Source: Azolla caroliniana (lineage: Eukaryota > Plantae > Polypodiophyta). From it: a DNA stretch of 64,000 bases. Position 1 is the stretch's first letter; each line of letters starts with the position of its first letter. Below the pieces are notes generated by a model that was not told the DNA's origin, did not search any database, and saw only the letters and a program-made list of their open reading frames with translations. Position numbers and translations under genes: made by a program. Shown piece by piece: positions 31,003-42,600 of this stretch. The stretch covers positions 16,740,001 through 16,804,000 of the forward strand of contig JBHGNT010000013.1 of NCBI GenBank assembly GCA_043228905.1. Direction: 5' to 3'.

Positions 31003-34000
31003 CTCCGCCCACTCATCTTCCAGCGCCATGTCCTCCATGTGCGTCGTCCGCACCTCCACCGGCCTTTCCGGTTCTGTCTCCGTCGACAGCCTCTTCCTCT
31101 TCACCAAGTCTACGATGGAGTCGTGGAACTCCTTCTTGGCGATTCCGAGCACCTCCCGCAATGACAGTTCCACCTTGTTGTCGAGGATTCGTTCTTCCAG
31201 GACCTTTTGTAGGTCCGTGGTCCTTTCGATCTCCATGCCCAACCGGTATCCGCCCTTCTTGTGGTTATCCCGGGCACTGGTCTCACCGGCCTCGTTCTGT
31301 TTCGGCCTGAATCGGGTTTCGTATCTCTGTGAGGATCCGGCCCCTTAGGTTTTACCTACCCGTTTGTCTTCAACCAGAGCCTCGTAGTTCTGGCAAGCTA
31401 CTTCGACGAAACCCGTCTTTTCTTCGACCCGGTCACTCCACCCGGTTACCTCCTGGACCCGCTTCTCCGCGCGGTTCGCCTCGTCTTTCTTCAGTCGGGC
31501 ACCGGCAAGGCCTTCCACCACCGTCGGCCAGAACCCGGCTTTGCTCTCCTTCCAGGCCTCGCTGCCACCGACCCGAATACCGGTCGATGCCGAGTAGTGG
31601 ACGGTCTCTGCGTGCTGGGTCGCTGCCTCTTCCATCAGCCTTTTCATTCCCCCTCGCCCGTCGTTTCGATTCAGGGCCCTCCGGGTATCGCTGGCGTGCA
31701 CCCGACCTTCCCACAGGTACACTACCCGGCTTCTCAAAGCCTCCGCAAAGTCCCCGCAGTCTTTCCGAATGTGGCCGACCTCGTCGCACCACATGCACCT
31801 ATTTCCTGCCGGAGGCCGTCGGTCACGAGCCTGTTCGCCACTTTCCCTTCGAGCCTGGGCGATCTGGAGATCCTTTACCGCCCGTGTCAACTCCTCCAGA
31901 GCTGCCCCCCCAGACGAGCCTCTGACCACGCCGGTCAGAGCCAAACCGGTTTCGAGCCACTCCCGGGTCTCTTCCCGTCGCGCCTACGGTATCGGTTTGA
32001 GCTTCCTTGCTGCGATAGGACCCGCCTCGGTCACCCATGTATCAGCCCACTCCCACCGTTTGTCAAAACGGCCGCGGCCCAGTCGGCCGTCAGCCCATCT
32101 TCGGTTTCCAGTAAGGAGCCCACTTGCTCCCGATCCCGTGCGTCAACGGATTTGACAAACAGTAGGACACGTCTTGTGTCCAGAACGGTCCGATCGAGCG
32201 CCGAAAGGCGCGCAAAGCGATCCTCAAACTCCCGGAGGAGTGCCGACGCATTTCTTCCTTTGTTGGGGGACTCCACCCACTACATGAAGCCCCGCTTCGA
32301 AAGTCGAAGCGAGTCATCCAGCTCGTATTTCTCCAGGAGCAGTCCTTCGAACTCCTCCCAGGTCCGGCTCTCCGCCCGGACCTCGAGCACCTCCACATGG
32401 ATGCCCGGCATCACCACTCGAGGGAATCCGGCAAGACGCCTCTCTTCCGGAATATCCCTCATCAACATCTCTGCCCGGTAGGACGCCAAATAACTCGTGG
32501 CATCCTTTCCACTGAACCGGTCGATCATACCGACGATCGCTTCAATAGCCCTATCAAGGGCGCCGGTGCCCTCGCGCGCACTCACTATCCGGTCCACGGC
32601 CGAAGCCATGGCCTCTACAAGATCCGACCCCCTCATCTTCTGCTCCTCTGCCGCCTTGTTTCACATCGGGTTCACCAAATATGTCGCGTGGAGAAACGAG
32701 GCAGGACAGAGCAGGTGATAGGAGGGGAAAGAGAAACGAGGCGGGACCACCGGGGTCTTGAACTGAAGAGCAGGTGATAGGAGGGGAAAGAGAAAGAGAG
32801 AGACGACCGGTTACGTATGAGCAAAGAAACACAGGGACACGGCCCATCAACGCAAAAGACACGAATGGACACAGAGACAGAGAGACACGAATGTTTGTAT
32901 ATTAACAAGTGACACAAAAACAACAGAGCACGCGAGTGGTTACAACCGAACAGGCCAGCGAACAGATGTTGATGCCTACTCGTCTGCGCACGGAAAGGGG
33001 ATAGGATGGAGGTGCTGCCGGAAGCACACGGGCGTTCCTCGAAGCAGCGCGAGCCTCCCGAAAACCTGCAAAGAAGAGCAATAGAGAACAAGCAGAGGAG
33101 AAGCGTTCGGTTACGGTCCGACAGCACTTCGTCCTCCTCAATGCGCGATCCCTTCTCCCTGCATCTCCCTCTCCTTTATAGCGTCAGGAAGGGAGCCGTC
33201 TCCCTCATTTACTTCCTACCTACCGAATCTAACTACCCAAGATATACCTATGTACCTAATTCCCTATTATATACATTAAGGGCACGCACGCGTGAAGAGC
33301 CGGTCACACGCGCTATGCACCGATTGCGCTAAGGGACGGTTTTCTTCACGACAACGGTTCGGTTTGGTTCGGTTTGAGTTGAAACCATGCCCATTGCTAC
33401 TTAAGATAATCAAACAATACACATTTTTAGTTTCACATTCTCATCGATCAGAATTGTGTTGGGCAAAGTCCTCTAAGGCATAATGTAAGTGTGCTTTCTA
33501 CGGAGGAGCTTCATTCGAGAAGAGTCAAAAGTAGTTCTAACCAAAATTTTGAACAAATTCAAAATCAAGTAGGTCTAAAACTTTTGAACAAACTATTTAA
33601 GCCCCTATTTGATTGATTGCAATGAAAATCAAAGTTTTTATAGAGCAAAAACTAAACAAATAAAGAGGACGAAACATTTTTCCGTTCCTTTCCGCTTCTG
33701 CTAGCCTCACCTCTCTCTCCTCTTCACTTATGGCAAGTATTTTGATCCCTCTCTCTCGTATTTTATTGTTAGACTACTAGCACAATATCTTCTTGGGTTT
33801 GAGACCCAATTTTCATTCCACTATGGAATGCAAGGGTTGAACGCATTACCTTCTAGTCTCAATTGGACAACCTTATTAATTGAGCTACATTATACCATAT
33901 GTATATTATAGCTAACTACAAAACCATATTCTTCGCCGAATGGGGAAATTGTACACATTGATACATCATGTTAGAGCCCACCCTATTGTTTGCCATCCGA

Positions 34001-34156
34001 ACCATTTCAATGGGGTGTTCATTGTTGGGCCACAAGTGATAAGAGCAATCAACTTTGCATGCTTTTTCCAAAACAATTTTGGGAGTCTATGTATCACACT
34101 TTGATACAATGTTCTTCCTTTTGATCACATTCGACTATGCTTTCCACACATCTTTG

Positions 34157-37100
34157 TGTTGAGCGGCAAGCTCAACCGGAGCCGGATCGGCTGAATAAGC
34201 CGGAGCCGGTTAGCGAAACGGATCGGTATGACGGTGAGCAACCGAACCGGCAAGCAGTGGAGGCCGGGTGCAATCCGTAACCGGCAGTCCAATCAGAAGC
34301 CTAGAATAGGATAGACTACTAGTTATCTATAGTCTCGTAGTAAGTGTCAGATGCTCGTGTGAGCATTGAAGTACATGGTACTTCTGTCAGTCCCAAGAGG
34401 ACTTGTATAAATAGTGTTACTTAGCACATTGTGTATTGCAGAGTCTTGATATAATTTTAAAAAATTACGTTCTGCTCTATCTGTCTCTCTCTCTCTTTCT
34501 CTCTCTGTGTCGTTCTCTGTTTTACGATTCCGCAAACACTCACGTTTACATGGTATCAGAGCGCGAGGGTTGAGAACCTCTGCTGCAGACATTTACTTTT
34601 GAGAAGAAAACCCTAACAGGTCGAGAACAGACACAGTAGAAGACATGGATAGAGGCATGGCTACGTCGCTCCCGGTGGAGAAGCTCGACAGGAGCAACTA
34701 CGCATCCTGGTCTTACAAGATGCACCAGTACCTGCTTGGACACGGGTACTGGAGTTATGTCGAAGGAGCAAATGATGCGGCGCCAGACTCGGCACACAAG
34801 GACTTCCCGGTATGGGAACAGGCGGCAAGCAGGGTGATGTACTGCTTCGCGTCCAGTGTCGGCGATCAGCTGCTCAGCCACATCCGTGACGCCAAGACAC
34901 CGAAGGATGCTTGGGGGAACCTGAAAAAGGTTTTCGCCGCAAGCACCACTGCCCGGAAGCTGCAACTCAGACAGGAGTTGAGCAATGTTCGACAGAAGAA
35001 CATGTCTGTGGCAAACTACACGGGCCGGATAAAGGAGATCTGCGACTCGCTCGCCTCTATCAATGTTACCGTAGAGGAAGACGAGATGGTGCAGGTATGT
35101 CTCGGAGGACTGGAATCCAAGTTCGGAGCGTTCCGGACTGCGGTGTGTACAAGGGAGAATACCCCCTCATTCTTCGACTTACAGTCGATGCTCCTTGTAG
35201 AGGAGAACCACGCCGGAGCATCTACCAGTGCATCCCCGGACAGCCGAATGTTGTACACGGGAACGGATCGGCACTGTGGGCGTGGTGGAAGAGGTGGGTC
35301 GGCACGCAATGGAGGCGGCCGGCAAGAGCAGGAACGGAGGCACTATGAGTGTGCCGACAGCAGTTCCGGGACTTCCACAAGCCGGGGGAGTCAAGGCGGT
35401 GCCGGAGGCCGGCAAGACAAATCCGCTACGGAATGCTGGTACTGTGGCAAAAGAGGCCACAGGGAAAGCGAGTGCTGGAGAAAGTGTGCCAATTCGGACA
35501 AATCCGGATCCGGCAAGACTGGTAAGGATGGCCGGCAAAACTCGCACTACGCAAACGGATCAGGAGGATCCGGAACCGGAAAGGCCGGTAAGGGGCCAGC
35601 CTTGGTGATGAATCACAAGGCAAACTCAATGAAGAAGACCACTTCCAAATCGGAGGAAGTGTGGTATGTTGATTCCGGCGCGTCGAACCACATGACGAGC
35701 CACAAAGAGTGGTTCTCCTTTCTGGAGAGACCGGATCAACCAAGAGTAGTCGAAACCGGAGACGACACTCCTCACCCAATCGTACATGTCGGAGAAGTCC
35801 CTCTAAGCCACGTCGGACAGAAAGGGAAGCTGATGAACGTGTTACACGTTCCGACGATCACAAAGAACCTGGTGTCCGTCGGTCAGATTGTCGACCAGGG
35901 GATGCAGGTGTGGTTTACGCACCTCGGGTGCTTCATTGGGGATGAGGGCGAAGTCATTGCGCAAGGGCGCAGAGACGGGATGATGTTTATCCTCGACACC
36001 AATGACTTTGGCACCGCTCTGTTCGCGAAACGACAGAAGGTCGAGTCGGACATCAACCTGTGGCACAAGCGGATAGGCCACGTCAACTACCAGAGGCTTC
36101 AAGATCTGCAAACGAAACAAGTCGTTTTCGGTTTGCCGAAGTTCAGCGGCCGGAGAGCCGAAATTTGTGAAGCCTGCCAACTTGGGAAGCAACACCGGCT
36201 TCCATTCCCCACCGAACGGAACCGGAGCCGTAACAAGCTCGATCTCATCCATTCGGATGTGTGGGGACCGGCACAAAGTGTAAGCCTTGGCGGGAGCCAA
36301 TACTTCGTCTCCTTCATCGACGACTATACTCGGCATACTTGGATCTACCTCATTGAGCGGAAGAGCGAAGTCTTCGACTGTTTCCGGAGCCTCCAGAAGA
36401 TGGTGGAACGGGAATCGGAGAGGAAGATCAAATGCCTTCGGTCGGATGGTGGAAAGGAATATTTTTCTGGCCAATTCACTCGTTATCTGCAGCAGAAGGG
36501 AATTCGGCGAGAGTTCAACTGCAGATACACACCGGAGCAAAACGGTGTGGCCGAAAGGAAGAACCGGACACTCGTCGAAGCGGCAAGGACAATGCTGGAG
36601 GAGAAGAGCATGCCCCGGTTCTACTGGGCGGAGGCGGTCCAGACGGCCGTCTACATACAAAACCGCATTGGTGACAAGGTGTCAACTCATGAGCTGTATT
36701 TCGGGCGCAAGCCGAACTTAAGACACCTTCGGATATTCAGCAGCATAGCGTATGTGCATGTGTCGGATCAGAAGCGGAGGAAACTGGATGCAAAATCGGA
36801 AAAATGCATCCTAGTCGGCTATGCTCAAGAGCAAAAGGGGTATAAGTGCTATAACCCCCGGACGAAGGAAGTCCGAGTTAGCCGGGATGTCGAGTTCGAT
36901 GAATCGGCATCCTGGTACTCCGTACCGACTCCGACTTCCGATCCCGACCGAATGCCGGAAGATCAGGCCAGTGAGCCTGAATTAGCCTTGGAAGAGGATG
37001 ATGAAGCCGGGACTCAAGATGAGAGTCCGGAATCGTTGCGGTTGAGTGGACCAAACGAGCGACTGAGTCGGTCGGACCAGTCGGATGAAGAGACGGCAAG

Positions 37101-39997
37101 TGGTGGAGACTCTGCCGTGCTCTCCCCGTGCAAGGAACCGAGGAAACGGTTCACGCGCAAAGAGAAGGGGAAGAGGAAGATGCCAGAATTCGAAACCGGC
37201 AACGAGGAGTCGGATTGGTGCGTATCCGACTCCAGAAAGGAGAAAGGCAGATCTTCGGCAACGAAGACCGAACTGGCCAAGAAGGGCCTCAATTCAGGTG
37301 ACGGTGCGTTGCGCCGATCAACCCGTCAAAAGGATCTCGTCGTGCGGTACGGGTACAATGAATACATGGCGCATCATTATGCGTACATGACTAAGGTGAC
37401 AGAAGTGCGCGAGCCGGAGAGCTACGCAGAAGCGGCAAAGGACGCAAATTGGCATGCCGCTATGGACGAAGAAATGCGGGCACTCGATGCCAACGAAACT
37501 TGGGACCTAGTTGATCCTCCCCGTCACTGTAAACCGATCGGATGCAAGTGGGTGTACAAGGTCAAGTACAACGCCGACGGTTCTGTTAACCGGTACAAAG
37601 CCCGGTTAGTGGCGAAGGGATACGCGCAGACCCACAGAATTGACTACGATGAGACCTTCGCTCCTGTGGCGAAGATGACGACGGTTCGTGTGGTACTTGC
37701 GGTTGTTGCGGCAAGGGGGTGGCATCTTCACCAGATGAATGTGAAGAACGCCTTCCTTCAAGGAGAGCTTGCAGAAGAAGTCTTTATGACTCAGCCCCCC
37801 GGATTTCACTCGGAGATGAACAAGTCGGCGGTATGCCGACTGAAGAAGTCGCTTTACGGCTTGAAGCAAGCCCCCCGAGCTTGGAACGCGAAGATCACGC
37901 ACTGGTTGCGTAAGCTGGGGTTTGCTGTCTCTAAGTCGGACTCTTCGTTATTCATCCGGCAAGGCTCTGACGGTCTGGTATGTATACTCTTGTATGTGGA
38001 TGATTTAGTCATCACCGGACCGGGTCTTCCCGAAATCAACCGCGTCAAGTCCCAATTGTCGGACGCATTCGAAATGAAGGACCTGGGGGACCTTCATTAT
38101 TTTCTTGGGATCGAAGTGATCCGGACCCCCGACGGCATATTGCTCTCGCAACGACATTACGTCTTGAATATGTTGTATAAGTTCGGCATGACGGATTGCC
38201 GACCTATCTCCACACCCCTGGACCGGAACCAGAAGCTCCATCCCCACTCCGGACCGGCCTGCAATGAGAAACGGTTCCAACAGGTTGTCGGAAGCCTGAT
38301 CTACTTAACCATCACCCGACCCGACATCAGCTATCCGGTCGGCATGGTAAGTCAGTTCATGCAAAAGCCGACTGTGGAGCACCTTCAGTGCGCGCAACGA
38401 ATATTACGGTATGTCAGCGGCACTAAGGACCGGGGACTGCTATACCGGCGAGGTATACCCGAAGAGCTTGTCAGTTACACCGATGCTGACTGGGCCGGCG
38501 ATGCGTCTGATCGCCGCTCCACTTCCGGATACATGTTCTCCATAGGTAGCACGGCCGTTGCGTGGAGCAACAAGAAGCAGCCCACAGTGGCTTTGTCAAG
38601 CACTGAGGCTGAGTACCGGGCCGCTACCGTTGCCACTTGTGAAGCCATCTGGCTTCGGTGACTGCTGCGAGACTTGCGGATCGAGGTGCCGACCCCGATC
38701 CCGATTTACTGCGATAACATGAGCAGCCTGCAGCTCGCCAGGAACCCTGTGTTCCATGCTCGCACAAAGCACATCGAGGTGCACTACCACTTCGTGCGTG
38801 AGCAGGTCCTGAGCGGTGAAGTTGACCTACAGTATGGTCATACGGATCGGCAAATTGCCGACATCTTCACCAAGCCGCTCGGATCGGACAAGTTGCAGCA
38901 CTTTACCGACATGCTTGGTATTCAGCATCTCGACGTGCCGCACTTGAGGGGGAGAAGCAAGGGCAAAGTCTCTACCGAAACGGGCAAAGGCCAAAAACCT
39001 GTTGAACCCGTCGGTAAGAGGAGAGCCGGTTGTGAAGAAGAGATGTGCACTCAGGAAGAGAAGCGCATGCTGTGCGGAGGTCATCACGATGGTGTTGACC
39101 ATGATACAGAGTCGAATGAAGAATTCGATTTCGGTTCACCGGCTGAAGAAGCCGAGGGAAGCATGGAGAAGGCCAAGACTCGGAAGTGGTCCGATGTGGT
39201 GAGAGGCCTGACGCCGGAAGTCGAATCGGCGTGTACCGATTCGGACAAGAGCTGGAACGAGTCGGAGACAGCTGACTCGGATCGACAGATGGATCCGGAT
39301 GAGACGAATCAACTGAAGGCCAAGGAGACACGGACACAGCGGAAGTCGATGCCATCGTGGGAGAACCGACGGATCGGCAAGCGTCGGAGTCACAGCAACG
39401 TGACTGCTGAGATGGGCCTATTGAGCAGACATACCGACCGAGAGGGTCGAGGCGCGCAGAACCAAAGGGGTCGCGGCAAACGGGACCGGACCGGACGAGG
39501 AGCGCGAGCAAGGCGGAGTGACGCCAGGAGAAGTCGGTTGGAAGAACCGACTGCCACAGAGGTCGACACTACGACCCCACCTCAGGTTGAGCTTGAGGGG
39601 GAGTGTTGAGCGGCAATCTCAACCGGAGCCGGATCGGCTGAATAAGCCGGAGCCGGTTAGCGAAACGGATCGGTATGACGGTGAGCAACCGAACCGGCAA
39701 GCAGTGGAGGCCGGGTGCAATCCGTAACCGGCAGTCCAATCAGAAGCCTAGAATAGGATAGACTACTAGGTATCTATAGTCTCGTAGTAAGTGTCAGATG
39801 CTCGTGTGAGCATTGAAGTACATGGTACTTCTGTCAGTCCCAAGAGGACTTGTATAAATAGTGTTACTTAGCACAGTGTGTATTGCAGAGTCTTGATATA
39901 ATTTTAAAAAATTACGTTCTGCTCTCTCTGTCTCTCTCTCTCTTTCTCTCTATGTGTCGTTCTCTGTTTTACGCTTCCGCAAACACTCACGTTTACA
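34157..39997 (+). mobile_element. Young full-length Ty1/Copia element; 394-bp LTRs 34157-34550 and 39604-39997
   Basis: Perfect TSD CTTTG; PBS TGGTATCAGAGC 34551-34562; PPT TTGAGGGGGAG 39593-39603; six LTR differences. Confidence 0.97.
34645..39609 (+). CDS. Copia Gag-Pol with one in-frame TGA (38659-38661) in RNase H and a ~220-aa C-terminal extension
   Basis: ORFs 34645-38661 and 38674-39609 are in the same frame; all Gag, PR, IN, RT and RH motifs are present; the last two RNase H acidic motifs (YCDN, ADIFTK) lie after the stop. Confidence 0.85.
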
Positions 39998-40045
39998 CTT
40001 TGACCAAACCCAATCCGTGAACGAATTTCTCTCACTCACAATGTG

Positions 40046-40660
40046 CACACTCAATTGCAACATTCATTGGTGAAGTTCTTGAACATTGAGAGTTACTATT
40101 CACTTTCACATCTATGACGTGAAATGTAATATGTTTGGTCTCATGGGTCATATTTGACCTCTGTAGAAGCTAATAAAATCTATCTATCTATCTATCTATC
40201 TCACTCACACTCAATTGCAACATTCATTAGTGAAGTTCTTGAACATTGAGAGTTGCTACTCACTTTTACATCTATGACGTGAAATGTAATATTTTTGGTC
40301 TCATGGGTCATATTTGACCTCTGTAGAAGATAATAAAATCTATCTATCTATCTATCTCACTCACACTCAATTGCAACATTCATTGGTGAAGTTCTTGAAC
40401 ATTGAGAGTTGCTACTCACTTTTACATCTATGACGTGAAATGTAATATTTTTGGTCTCATGGGTCATATTTGACCTCTGTAGAAGATAATAAAATCTATC
40501 TATCTATCTTTCTCACTCACACTCAATTGCAACATTTATTGGTGAAGTTCTTGAACATTGAGAGTTGCTACTCACTTTTACATCTATGACGTGAAATGTA
40601 ATATTTTTGGTCTCATGGGTCATATATTGACCTCTTTAGAAGATAATAAAATATATCTAT
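40046..40660. repeat. Tandem repeat, four copies of ~156-160 bp
   Basis: Units start CACACTCAATTGCAACATT at about 40046, 40206, 40362 and 40518, each ending in (CTAT)n. Confidence 0.92.
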
Positions 40661-40924
40661 CTCACTCTCTCTATCTCTCACTCACTTCTCTTTTTTTCTC
40701 GTAAATAATGGCTTTCATTACGAAAGAAAAAACACCACCATGACTAACTTAAAACAAAGTATAGAACCCTTCTAAGGATCTATATACTACGACTATAAAT
40801 TGGATCCCACCCTATACACCAATTCAAATGTCGAATATGATTATATGTGACCTTGTAGAGTTCTCTCTCTTCATGGTTGAGATTTCATGATTTTTCTATA
40901 GCTGTCAATTGTCTCTCTCACTCA

Positions 40925-41013
<89 letters not shown>

Positions 41014-41141
41014 TAGTGAAAACACACAATTATCAATGAAATGTGTTTGGAAAACCCCACAATAGTACACCAATAATTGAGCGGTGTCCCCCTACACAAG
41101 TTGCGGAACATGCAAAATCGCCTATAGGCAAGTACTTTGGC

Positions 41142-41172
<31 letters not shown>

Positions 41173-41758
41173 CACACACACACACAAACAAACTTGATTT
41201 TTGGACTCTCTCCCTTCGAACAACATGTACTAAATTATCTACTTCTATTTGTTTGTTTATGGAATTCTTGAGTATAATCTTCCTTCATTGTCAATTGCAT
41301 GGTTTAGAGAGTTGTTTGGTCTAGAAGACAATCTATTCGTCATTCTAGCATCAGCTATAAATCTCTGTAATAAATCTTTCACAAAATTTTATAGCACTGC
41401 GTGTATGATGTTGGGAATATGGATAGAGTGGCCTAATTGACATCATCACTAAGGGGCTTATATTATTGTTCATAAATGTATATTTTGTGACGGGGTTACA
41501 TGATTAATATTCTTCCCTTTGGCTACCCATACATGCATCACATTTACCTCGTTTGCTTGGCTCTTTGATATAGGAAAACACCCAACCATTGTCATCCCAT
41601 TTTGCTTAAAATGTAGACGTGGTGGGCATGTCTCTTCCTTCTCAACAACTCATTGGTTAAGCCTTCACAATGAGACATTTACATTTTCTATAAAAAACTA
41701 GAACAATATTTGAACGCAAATTGGTGGCTTTAGGATGGTTGTAAAAGCATAGAAAACT

Positions 41759-41900
41759 CACTACTACAAAACGAGGGCATACGAATGCAAAAACACATTG
41801 CTATGCTTGTTGCCTTTGTATTGTAATTGTGCAACACAATTAGCTATGTAGTTTGTGCGGTGTATAGTGGTGTGCATCACAAAGTGACATTATTGCATGT
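41759..41900 (+). mobile_element. Probable CACTA transposon terminus (orphan)
   Basis: CACTACTACAAAA terminal motif; no matching opposite end seen. Confidence 0.35.
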
Positions 41901-42474
41901 CACACAAGGACACCCTACAATGGCTTAAAAACACTGTCAATATTAAAGCCTCTCTCTCTCTCAAAACGAAATTAAGCCTTTTCATTGCTCTCAGACACCC
42001 TTTTGAACTTCAACTTCTGGTTGGGCAATAGGAAGTTAACCCCAACCGATCCGGAGCTTCCCTCACATTTTGTTAGTGAAGATGTGTGTCCTATGCCTCT
42101 TGGGTCCTTCAAACTGGGATAAACTCTACCCCCTTCATCCTTTGCTAGCTATCATTTGGCAAGGGAGCAACCATAGGCTTCACTTTTTTATCCATGATCT
42201 TATACTTCGTATGTGCTTCTACGTATTCTCCCTTCATCCCTCCACCCAGATTCTTCGATTTTGATATACATGTAAAATGGGTATCAATTTGTAGAAAAAC
42301 CTAGATTCCAACACATTTGTTTTGGTTTGCTTTGGATAAGATCTTGATGCAAATCGTAGACAAATTTGTCAATTTGCAAATCACAGGCATTGGCTTCGGC
42401 TATCCTTGTTGTAGATAAAGGTTGGCTAAACGATTATGCTCTTCATATTGTCATAGTGTTTCCTTATTCGGCTA

Positions 42475-42600
42475 TCCTTCCTGGTGCTGAACAGGTGGTC
42501 CGCCAAGCTTCCATTGCTCATGAATTGGTAGACCAGCATGGCCTCCCCTTTCTCGTAGCACCATCCTTTGAGCTCCACCATGCGTGGGTGCTGCAGCTTG
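42475..42600 (-). pseudogene. Orphan 126-bp LecRK kinase fragment
   Basis: Near-identical to the KLQHP..VELKGWCYEKGEAMLVYQFMSNGSLADHLFSTRK segment of the cluster genes; flanks unrelated. Confidence 0.9.

Larger units (their letters stand above)
24985..32636 (-). pseudogene. Gypsy gag-protease, split by the nested Copia at 25467-31002
   Basis: FSGKDATSYL gag start; CMWCDEVGHIRKDC zinc knuckle; EDEWAE|SHYSRPHW junction across the insertion; protease ALVDHSSEINLM..ILG. Confidence 0.85.
20793..33353 (-). mobile_element. Full-length non-chromovirus Ty3/Gypsy element; LTRs 20793-21442 and 32682-33353
   Basis: 4-bp TSD ACGG on both sides; PBS TGGTGAACCCGATGTGA (32661-32677, tRNA-Trp-like); PPT GGTGGGGGCGGA (21443-21454); domain order gag-PR-RT-RH-IN. 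Confidence 0.95.
12069..33399. mobile_element. hAT-type MITE (~550 bp core in three pieces) hosting two LTR retrotransposons
   Basis: TIR TAGCAATTGGC / GCCCATTGCTA; perfect 8-bp TSD CTTAAGAT (12061-12068 and 33400-33407); AAACC/GGTTT subterminal repeats at 12080-12300, 20660-20790 and 33355-33385. Confidence 0.9.

Noticed and set aside
31597-32481. 294-aa antisense ORF and other shadow ORFs over GC-rich gag/pol and kinase genes
   Set aside because: No recognisable motifs; expected opposite GC-rich coding sequence.
33830-33890. Possible tRNA gene on minus
   Set aside because: Only degenerate A/B-box-like motifs and no cloverleaf; at most a SINE relic.
40046-40660. CRISPR-like array
   Set aside because: Whole units are repeated with no spacers.
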